From: a virus
Lineage: Duplodnaviria > Caudoviricetes
DNA length: 52,747 bases
Direction: 5' to 3' (one strand)
IMG/VR virus record: IMGVR_UViG_3300025886_000034
Span: 1-52,747 of that record
Shown here: in pieces, positions 27,775 to 34,998 of the stretch
How positions within the stretch are numbered: position 1 is the stretch's first letter
How the letters are laid out: every line of letters starts with the position of its first letter
Position numbers and translations under genes: made by a program
The notes under the pieces: model-generated
What the model saw: the letters and a program-made list of their open reading frames with translations, nothing else
What the model was told of the DNA's origin: nothing
The model's database searches: none

Positions 27775-27850
27775 AATATTTTCCTAAAGTACTTGACATT
27801 TCCTTGACAATGTGGTTAAATAACAGTGTAGCCTATCCATAAGGGTATTT

Positions 27851-28195
27851 CTAATGTATATCCTTTTTATCAAAATCTTCAAACTCATCTATAGCTTCTT
27901 CAGCTTTCTTCTTCTCATAAAAGTGTAGTTCATTATCTACAACTTCTACATATGACTTTTCCAGATTAAATGTTGGGTCAGAAACAGAAACGATTGCCGT
28001 TTTGTATATTCTGAAAGGCTGATCAAATCTTGATGCCCAATCCCAACGGATAACTTCTAACTTCATGTTCTGATTATCAAACGTAGAATATATCTTAAAA
28101 GGATTCTTCACTTCGACATAAGATATAGTTTCACTTAGTATCTGTGCAACTATAGTGTCGCCACTTACGGTTTTGATTATTTTATTAATTTCCAT
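27851..28195 (-). CDS. Conserved hypothetical protein between uvsW and gp55
   Basis: 114 aa. IIKTVSGDTIVA Sm-like N-terminus. SD AAGG. Confidence 0.7.
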   Translation of the reverse strand: MEINKIIKTVSGDTIVAQILSETISYVEVKNPFKIYSTFDNQNMKLEVIRWDWASRFDQPFRIYKTAIVSVSDPTFNLEKSYVEVVDNELHFYEKKKAEEAIDEFEDFDKKDIH

Positions 28196-28198
28196 ATT

Positions 28199-29653
28199 CT
28201 AACCTTTCAGTTGTATTTGATACATCTTGTAATCAAACTTTTCTTCATTATATATTTTCATTCTTTCCACAAAATGTTGCAGCGTGTAGTTTTGTTTTTT
28301 CCCATGTGTCAGATCGTCAGCAATATCGTATAGGGTAGCATACTCTTTATTGTCACCTAATCTTAATCCCCTTCCTATAGACTGCAATGTTCTAACTTTA
28401 CTTTTACTGGGCGAAGCAAAGATTACATTGTGCAAGTTCCTTATATTTATACCAGTAGAAAACGTACCGAAAGAAGCCACAATGATGGAGTTGCTTTCAC
28501 TTTCCACTATCCCTCTAATATCTTCCCTGACACTGGCCTTGGTTTCTCCTGACACATAAAACACTTTTCTGTTTTTATCAACTTTTTCACATATGGTATT
28601 ATACAACATTTTCCCGTGTTTGTCTACATATTGGAACAAAAGAAGTGTATTTCCCCCTAAAGATAGCGTAAGATTTGTGATAAATTTGTTCCTTGATTGG
28701 CTAGAAACCAGATAGTCGATTTCCTCTTGATATTTGTATTTACTCACCAACTTACAGTTTTCTTTAGTGTGCTTCAGTATGAGAGATTTTATCTTAAACT
28801 CCGCAAGATTACCTTGGTCCATTAGCGTTTTTGTTGTTGTAACTTTTTCGACTTGACCGAACAGCCCCTCCAGCACCAGCTTATGAGTTTGAGTTCCGTC
28901 CAGAGTTCCAGTAAAGCCATACCGGTATGAACATCCATCAAGGTTTGTCATGATTGTTGTCAAAGATTTTGCTTTAAACTGGTGAGCCTCATCTCCGATA
29001 ACAACATCAAATTGATCGAACCAATCCTTCTTTTGTTTATAGATAGACTGCCATGTGGAGATTACCACTGGCTTGTCTGTATTTTTATCTGCGCCGGACA
29101 TAATCGGGTGAACATATTTCTGCGAATCATATCCATACTCATAGAAATCTTTTTCTAACTGAGATACTAAAGATGTTGTGGGAACAATAATCAAAGTCTT
29201 TCCGTCGAGGAAACGGGTAACAAGGTAGATTATCAATGACTTGCCGGATGCAGTTGGAGACAGCATCATCGCTCGCCGCTTTCTTATGGCATGAACAAAG
29301 GCATCAACCTGATAGTCTCTAGGATCAAGTTTCATCTGCAAAGTTTTTATAAATTCTCTGGCTTCCTCTACAGAAAAATCTTCGTCAGCATCCACCGAAC
29401 GATCCACCTCGAAGGTGTACCCCCTATCATCACAAAACTTTTTTAGGTATGGTATTAGACCATAATAGAGTGTTTGATTATATGAATGATATAGTCTTAT
29501 CTTACCGTCCCATATCTTATTGCGGTATGCTGGCATAAACTTATAGCCAGGAACCATAAACGTAAAGTGCTCGCTTATCTCCATACCTTCGCCTTTTTCG
29601 CAATGGATGTATGCATACACTTCGTTTAGTTTTGATACCTTTATTATTGACAC
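28199..29653 (-). CDS. uvsW: SF2 RNA-DNA/DNA helicase
   Basis: WDGKIRL, PRDYQ, SPTASGKS, GDEAH, TGT, QSIGRGLR. Confidence 0.96.
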   Translation of the reverse strand: MSIIKVSKLNEVYAYIHCEKGEGMEISEHFTFMVPGYKFMPAYRNKIWDGKIRLYHSYNQTLYYGLIPYLKKFCDDRGYTFEVDRSVDADEDFSVEEAREFIKTLQMKLDPRDYQVDAFVHAIRKRRAMMLSPTASGKSLIIYLVTRFLDGKTLIIVPTTSLVSQLEKDFYEYGYDSQKYVHPIMSGADKNTDKPVVISTWQSIYKQKKDWFDQFDVVIGDEAHQFKAKSLTTIMTNLDGCSYRYGFTGTLDGTQTHKLVLEGLFGQVEKVTTTKTLMDQGNLAEFKIKSLILKHTKENCKLVSKYKYQEEIDYLVSSQSRNKFITNLTLSLGGNTLLLFQYVDKHGKMLYNTICEKVDKNRKVFYVSGETKASVREDIRGIVESESNSIIVASFGTFSTGINIRNLHNVIFASPSKSKVRTLQSIGRGLRLGDNKEYATLYDIADDLTHGKKQNYTLQHFVERMKIYNEEKFDYKMYQIQLKG

Positions 29654-30090
29654 TACAACTCACCACCCGTTAGCTTCATATAATCAATCGCATTTTTGAT
29701 TTGAAAATTGCGCTGATTTAAATTTTTCACAATCTCTTCCAACAAAGACATTTTTTCTTTTTGGTTTACTGTCTTAATATTGGTCTGTATGATATCTTTG
29801 TCTGATTGCATATACATTTCGGATTCGGATTTCAATAAGATTTTTTCGAATGGCTCCCAGCCACGCTCTCGGAGTTCTTCTTCGGACATTTTACCTGTGT
29901 AGTATTCGTGCTTTGCTAACTGCAAATCTTTAATCTGAAATTCTATCGCTTTTAGTCTGCGTCTTTCCTCATAGTATATTTTCATGTACTTGCTGTGTAG
30001 AACTGGAATCTTCAGAGACTCTGCGCCAAGCGCGGTAGAGTCCAACTGACAATCATTTCTCCACTCATCAATAATTTCATCGAGCGTCAT
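29653..30090 (-). CDS. uvsY: Recombination mediator
   Basis: ESLKIPVLHSKY, EYYTGK, RNFQIKNAIDY. Confidence 0.92.
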   Translation of the reverse strand: MTLDEIIDEWRNDCQLDSTALGAESLKIPVLHSKYMKIYYEERRRLKAIEFQIKDLQLAKHEYYTGKMSEEELRERGWEPFEKILLKSESEMYMQSDKDIIQTNIKTVNQKEKMSLLEEIVKNLNQRNFQIKNAIDYMKLTGGEL

Positions 30091-30119
30091 ATATTCTCCA
30101 TAATATAAGTAGGCATACT

Positions 30120-30148
30120 ATTATACCATATTTTTAAGGTGTTGTCAA
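30120..30148 (-). promoter_or_regulatory. Consensus sigma70 promoter for uvsY-uvsW
   Basis: TTGACA-17 nt-TATAAT, with TG at the extended -10 position. Confidence 0.88.
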
Positions 30149-30646
30149 CTTAGTTGCAGTAAAATAAGTGTAAGCAAATGTAACAGATGTTGTTTGAAAA
30201 TCTTGACCTTCGGCAGAACTCATTTGAAACCCCGTAAGTTCCATAGGAAAGATATCATAAAATTGCACATTTATATTGTCATTGTTTGAGTTTGTTTTAA
30301 TCAATAAACTTGCATCAGAAACAACACTATTTTCTTTGCCCGCGACTGTTGTTAGTATTCCCAATTTATCAAGCGACGTTGGGTTACCGAGATTTGTCAT
30401 CCAATTGTAAATTTCAAACCACGATTGCATATCTTCGTCTATAACGTAGGTGACCTGTAACTGCTCATATGTCAACTGATTTGCAGGCTGATACAACTGT
30501 GTGTATGGTGTGTTTGTCTGCACAGGGTTCATAGTTAGAGAAGGCATGTTTATGCCTTGCACAAAAAAGGTAAAGTTGGGTAAACGATCTATAACAAATT
30601 GATATTTGTTATTTGCAAGAAAGCTTGTGTTGGTTGGAGTCGCCAT
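30134..30646 (-). CDS. gp3: Tail tube terminator / tail completion protein
   Basis: FFVQGINMPS, IDEDMQSWFEIYNWM, SDASL, FYDIFP. Located between gp23 and uvsY. Confidence 0.88.
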   Translation of the reverse strand: MATPTNTSFLANNKYQFVIDRLPNFTFFVQGINMPSLTMNPVQTNTPYTQLYQPANQLTYEQLQVTYVIDEDMQSWFEIYNWMTNLGNPTSLDKLGILTTVAGKENSVVSDASLLIKTNSNNDNINVQFYDIFPMELTGFQMSSAEGQDFQTTSVTFAYTYFTATKLTTP

Positions 30647-30676
30647 TTGTTTTGATTACCTTATTAATGATATGTA

Positions 30677-30684
30677 TATTTATA
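30677..30684 (-). promoter_or_regulatory. Late promoter for gp3
   Basis: TATAAATA. Confidence 0.8.
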
Positions 30685-30688
30685 AGAC

Positions 30689-30713
30689 AAAAAAAGGGGG
30701 CCGAAGCCCCCTT
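30689..30713 (-). terminator. Intrinsic terminator after gp23
   Basis: AAGGGGGC-TTCG-GCCCCCTT-TTTTT (cUUCGg loop). Confidence 0.92.
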
Positions 30714-30741
30714 GAATGTCATTTCTAATGATGACTTAATC

Positions 30742-32094
30742 TTACATAAGATTGACAATCTTGAACTTGCGGTAGTAAGCATTAGTACCGGAAGTGATTG
30801 TTCCATCAGATACATCCGCAGCACCCTGCACAGATCGTGAGAAAGGATTAGCGACCATGCCGTAGCGAGTCTTGAATCCGATCTTTGGTTGGAAGCTATC
30901 TTGACCAACCGCACGTACCATCTGGAGAGGAACGTAAGGGCAGTAGAATACACCAGAATCGTATGATGAAGAACCTTTGTATCCCATAGTTGCATAGTGG
31001 CTACCAGCAGATCCTTGGAAGTATGGATCGATGTAAACTTTTACGCGACCATTCAATACACCAGCGAACGTGCTACCAGTGTCATCAACCTGAAGGCTGT
31101 TAGACAAAGCAGGAGTGTAATCCAGAACACCAGCCATCTGAAGTGCAGAAGCAACGTCAGAAGAACAGATGAGGATGTTACCCTTACCACGACGAGTATC
31201 TTTAGCGATTTGGTTTGCTTCACGCTCTAATTGGAACATCAAACCCTTGAACTTCTCTACTGACCAACGGCCATTAGCGTCAACATCAAGGTCAAATGTG
31301 CCTGGAGTAGCAGTATCAGCAGCACCAAGCTTGGCACCAAAGTTAACTGTACGAACAACTTCGCGGTTGATTTCAGCAAGAATTTCCGTTGACAGAATGT
31401 TAGCAAGTTCTGACTCGGCGTCCAAACCATGAACAGCTTTAAGATCTTGTGCTAATTCCATCGTGTATTCTGCTTTCAGAGCGCGGCTCTTAGCAACAAC
31501 ACTAACTTTCTCGATAGAGAATGCCATTTCAGCGAACTGATTACCAGCCGCGTCACCGAGTGCTTCGGATTGTGCTGTAGTCATACCACCAGCGCTAGTG
31601 TACCCAGCAGCTGCAAACGGGTCTGTTGTTGTGCTTGTTGCTACAACACCGCCTGGCGCGTCCTGAGCTGCGTTCTGGCCAGAGAAGTTTGTATCAGATT
31701 CGTCATAAAAAGATTCATCACCAGTTTGGCTTGTGTACCTTGCGCTCATTGCGAAAATCAAACCAGTAGGACCTGACATAGGCTGAACACCAGCAATATC
31801 ATAAGCAATTAAGTTTGGCATAGCGCGACGAATCAGTGAAATCATTACTGGATCGACAAAATTGATGTTACCAGAATCACCCCCAGCAGCTGCAGAAGCA
31901 CCCATAGCATTAGTTGGTGCTTCTAACAGTGAAGTTTGCTCACTGTACCCACCAGACTGACTTTCGCGGATGGCTTGCTCTTGGTTTTCGAGCATTTGAG
32001 CAATAGTAGCTCGCTTGTGAGAGTCCGTAATCTTTGGCAAATCTGCATGCTCAAGAATAGGGGCCCATTTTTTTTGTAAAATATCTGTTGACAT
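30742..32094 (-). CDS. gp23: Major capsid protein
   Basis: KWAPIL, LIRRAMPNLIAYDIAGVQPMSGPTGLIFA, SRALKAEYTMELAQDLKAVHGLDAE, YCPYVPL, QPKIGFKTRYG. Confidence 0.98.
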   Translation of the reverse strand: MSTDILQKKWAPILEHADLPKITDSHKRATIAQMLENQEQAIRESQSGGYSEQTSLLEAPTNAMGASAAAGGDSGNINFVDPVMISLIRRAMPNLIAYDIAGVQPMSGPTGLIFAMSARYTSQTGDESFYDESDTNFSGQNAAQDAPGGVVATSTTTDPFAAAGYTSAGGMTTAQSEALGDAAGNQFAEMAFSIEKVSVVAKSRALKAEYTMELAQDLKAVHGLDAESELANILSTEILAEINREVVRTVNFGAKLGAADTATPGTFDLDVDANGRWSVEKFKGLMFQLEREANQIAKDTRRGKGNILICSSDVASALQMAGVLDYTPALSNSLQVDDTGSTFAGVLNGRVKVYIDPYFQGSAGSHYATMGYKGSSSYDSGVFYCPYVPLQMVRAVGQDSFQPKIGFKTRYGMVANPFSRSVQGAADVSDGTITSGTNAYYRKFKIVNLM

Positions 32095-32130
32095 AGTTTT
32101 CTCCTTTGAGTAAATTCTAAACTCTGTTAT

Positions 32131-32138
32131 TATTTATA
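32131..32138 (-). promoter_or_regulatory. Late promoter for gp23
   Basis: TATAAATA. Confidence 0.85.
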
Positions 32139-32143
32139 AAAAA

Positions 32144-32959
32144 TTAACTTTTAACAATGCGTGAAAGACTGTTAACATAAGCGTTCATCGATGATGAACT
32201 GAGACTTTCTGTCAACTCTTCGGTAGAGTCTTCGGTGAGACTCGGCGCTTGTGATGAATTATCATTAGATTCTGAAAAATACTTCTGCTTGATCATCCCA
32301 ACCTTATCTGAGAAATCTTCTTCGGATTCGAAAACGATATTTTCTGATAAAGACTTGAATTTCTCAACCTGTACTTCGGTCAAACCTTCAGAGACATTTT
32401 CAACAACCTTTTCTTTCTTCAACACTCTCAACTGCTCGGCGAGTTCGTTGTTTGTGTTGACTGCTTTGTCAAGTTCACCCTTCAGAGAATCAACCTGTGT
32501 TGCAAAGTTTTCTACTACGTCAACTTTGTCTTCGGGGATTTCTACATAGTGTTCTACGAAAAGATTTTTAAGACCTAACATAAAGTCTTCTACCATTTCA
32601 GCACGAATACCATGATCTACTGCGAGTCTGTTTTCTTCCATCCACTCGGAAACAACATACTCTAAGTACTCATCGACTTTAGATACTAAACCTTCAGAAA
32701 AGGCTTCAGCTTCTTCTTCTAATTTTTGGTCAAACTCTTCTTGCAAGCCTGCAGTAACTTCTTTTACTCGCTCAGTTACAACGGCTTCAAAAATAGACTT
32801 GGCCTTTAACTTGTATTCTTCTGACAATTCTTCGCCAGAAAACAATGAATCAACGTCAATAGATGATTGCTCTTCAACAACTTCCGTCGTTTCTGTAGTT
32901 TCTTCTACCGCTGTTTCAACAGTGTTTTCCTCTAGTTCATGTTGAATTTCTGCTGTCAT
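32144..32959 (-). CDS. gp22: Prohead core scaffold protein
   Basis: ELSEEYKLKAKSIFEA, VDEYLEYVVSEWMEEN, GLKNLFVEHY. Confidence 0.93.
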   Translation of the reverse strand: MTAEIQHELEENTVETAVEETTETTEVVEEQSSIDVDSLFSGEELSEEYKLKAKSIFEAVVTERVKEVTAGLQEEFDQKLEEEAEAFSEGLVSKVDEYLEYVVSEWMEENRLAVDHGIRAEMVEDFMLGLKNLFVEHYVEIPEDKVDVVENFATQVDSLKGELDKAVNTNNELAEQLRVLKKEKVVENVSEGLTEVQVEKFKSLSENIVFESEEDFSDKVGMIKQKYFSESNDNSSQAPSLTEDSTEELTESLSSSSMNAYVNSLSRIVKS

Positions 32960-32996
32960 ACGATTCTCCTTATAATTTTTGAGTCAATTATTAAGT

Positions 32997-33004
32997 TATT
33001 TATA
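32997..33004 (-). promoter_or_regulatory. Late promoter for gp22
   Basis: TATAAATA. Confidence 0.8.
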
Positions 33005-33020
33005 ATAATACGGTTTTTGA

Positions 33021-33671
33021 TTATAGCCGACGAAGAAAGTTTTCAAAAATCTTTAACTTTGCTTCTCGGAGCTGTTTTGTGGATGCTTTCTTAATAATTT
33101 TTTTAGACTCTTCTATTTGTTTTTCCATCCAATGACCATCAACGCAAATCCACTCTCTGTTTTCCATAATACCTCGTACAAAGGCGTCTGGCGCAGAAGG
33201 ATCTGCTACGATATCTGCTGCTGTTGCGAGATGGAAGTCATCGCAAACAACCTTGTAACCCTCTTTAGTGTCTTCGAGAGTTCCCATTCCGCGAGTAGAT
33301 ACACCAAACTGCGCACCCTCACCGATTAAATTCTTAACAATGTTTCCGTATGGAGTATCTAAAAGTTTTGCTTTCCCGTAGAAATTGGAGCCTTCTGCAC
33401 GAAGATCTTTGATAAGATGACTAACGCGCTCTAAGTTAATTGTTGGTCCTTCGGGGTGTCCGAGTTCACCAAAAGCGCGACCTTTTTTTACGTATTCTTC
33501 GTTATACCTTTCAGTCTCTTTATTTAAAACACTAAAAGGGTACATGCGCCCATTCCGATTTGCAATGTCGGCTTGCATAAAGATACCTTCAATGAACATA
33601 TCCTTTTTACCATCTTCTCTTTCTTCTGTTACGAAACTAACTGTTTCGTTAAGTTCAGTTATGAGTCTCAT
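33021..33671 (-). CDS. gp21: Prohead protease
   Basis: IEGIFMQAD..NRNGR.Y, GELGHP, GVSTRGMG, DIVADPSAPDAFV. Confidence 0.97.
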   Translation of the reverse strand: MRLITELNETVSFVTEEREDGKKDMFIEGIFMQADIANRNGRMYPFSVLNKETERYNEEYVKKGRAFGELGHPEGPTINLERVSHLIKDLRAEGSNFYGKAKLLDTPYGNIVKNLIGEGAQFGVSTRGMGTLEDTKEGYKVVCDDFHLATAADIVADPSAPDAFVRGIMENREWICVDGHWMEKQIEESKKIIKKASTKQLREAKLKIFENFLRRL

Positions 33672-33814
33672 TGTTGTGCCCCTTTATGTTTCGTATAACC
33701 TTTCTTAATCTCCTTTTTTTTGTCTTTTTGCACCGAAGATTTATTATATTTATATGCATGCTTCGCTACAAAATTTGGAGATTTTTGTTCTAAAAACTGT
33801 TTAAAGGATTTCAT
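33668..33814 (-). CDS. Small basic protein with capsid-targeting-like N-terminus
   Basis: MKSFKQFLEQ...NFVAKHAYKYNKS...KGYTKHKG. Likely start 33814. ATGA overlap with gp21. Confidence 0.65.
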   Translation of the reverse strand: MKSFKQFLEQKSPNFVAKHAYKYNKSSVQKDKKKEIKKGYTKHKGAQQ

Positions 33815-33883
33815 ATTGCCCCACGAACAACTCTGTGGCATACCCACATACAATCCATAAAAGTTTTTCTAAAAACACCTTAG

Positions 33884-34090
33884 TTACTCTTCAAATTTAG
33901 ACAGAGCAAACATTACGAGTTTCTCTGTATCAGTATCTAAGCGTTCTCTAAACTTATCTTTGTTCTCTTCGTTAATGCTGTTATATAGAGCAACAAGTGC
34001 TTGTTGACCGCGCTCATCATCTACCATAGAAGCAATCTCTTCTTCTATGGTAGGTTGTTCAGATGTAACGAATTCTAAAAAAGTTTTCAT
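33884..34090 (-). CDS. Small head-module protein with capsid-targeting-like N-terminus
   Basis: MKTFLEFVTSE...ALYNSINEENKDKF. Occupies the gp68 position but lacks the basic gp68-type tail. Confidence 0.7.
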   Translation of the reverse strand: MKTFLEFVTSEQPTIEEEIASMVDDERGQQALVALYNSINEENKDKFRERLDTDTEKLVMFALSKFEE

Positions 34091-34351
34091 TTATTCTTCC
34101 TCTGGGATTTCTGTATCATCCTCTTGAGCCAGATCTGGTTCTTCTTCGGCTTCTTCTTCAGCGTTCAGTTCAAGATCAACTTCTGCTTCCGGCTCATCCG
34201 ACTTGAAAATATTTCCGGCCAGCTCCATTTTTTTGAGTTCCAAGTTATTGGATACTTTGTCTTCGATTGCTGCGGCGATAGCATCTTTAAAAGATAAAAC
34301 ATCTTCCGCTTTGGCTGCTTGTACAGCAGCATTTAAATCAAATTCGCTCAT
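34091..34351 (-). CDS. gp67: Prohead core protein (gp67-like)
   Basis: Short helical N-terminus plus very acidic C-terminus. Late promoter directly upstream. Lies upstream of gp21. Confidence 0.65.
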   Translation of the reverse strand: MSEFDLNAAVQAAKAEDVLSFKDAIAAAIEDKVSNNLELKKMELAGNIFKSDEPEAEVDLELNAEEEAEEEPDLAQEDDTEIPEEE

Positions 34352-34365
34352 ATCACTTTCTCCTT

Positions 34366-34373
34366 TATTTATA
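34366..34373 (-). promoter_or_regulatory. Late promoter
   Basis: TATAAATA followed by SD AAGGAG. Confidence 0.8.
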
Positions 34374-34386
34374 ATAATTCAATATT

Positions 34387-34998
34387 CTAACTCAACGCAA
34401 TATACTGGTTTTTCTTGATATTGTCTTTCAACTTCTTACCAGCACTTCCTTCTATTTGATGATCAGTGAGCAATTCATCCCAAACCTTATCCGCTGCTGC
34501 ATTAGAAATATTATCAATATCAGCTTCTGTAATCGCAACCGCAAGCGCTTCTACCGTAATCAAATCAACGATGTTAGATCTAACCAACGACACTGAAACA
34601 CCATTCGCAAATCGAAACGGCGTTTCCCCAGCCTCTCTAGTATATATGTTGCCATTAATAGTTAGAGTATACGACGTTCCACTAGAAGCAGGTTGTATCC
34701 TCCATCCATTTTCCAAGAAGTAGGTGGTGCCCAAGTCTTGCGTCTGAGTAATAGGGTCACCCCCAACAGCCGTAAACGCTTTTGGCCATGTTGATGCTGT
34801 GCCCGCTTCCTGAGAATATATCGACCACTCTTTCCACGCAGAGTACAAATCGATTTTCACATCAAGTTCCGTGATACCTTCTGCAACAAAAATGATTTTG
34901 TTGGATCCATCAAATGATACCTTTTGGTTTGGGTAACCACCTTCATCTGTTGGTAACCAGTTCCACCACGATCCATAGTTGAAATGAATAGATGGCAT
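34387..34998 (-). CDS. Putative virion accessory protein
   Basis: FDGSNKII...DLYSAWKEW...GGDPI...YFLENGWRI and C-terminal ADKVWDE...GSAGKKL. Likely start MPSIH at 34998. Confidence 0.7.
   Translation of the reverse strand: MPSIHFNYGSWWNWLPTDEGGYPNQKVSFDGSNKIIFVAEGITELDVKIDLYSAWKEWSIYSQEAGTASTWPKAFTAVGGDPITQTQDLGTTYFLENGWRIQPASSGTSYTLTINGNIYTREAGETPFRFANGVSVSLVRSNIVDLITVEALAVAITEADIDNISNAAADKVWDELLTDHQIEGSAGKKLKDNIKKNQYIALS

Noticed and set aside
30609-30995. 128-aa minus-strand ORF overlapping the gp23 end and gp3 start
   Set aside because: It is an alternative frame crossing a strong terminator and a late promoter, with no evident SD or frameshift signal.
33815-33883. Possible 25-codon GTG-start ORF or weak hairpin upstream of the 48-aa gene
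   Set aside because: Too short, with weak pairing and no independent support.
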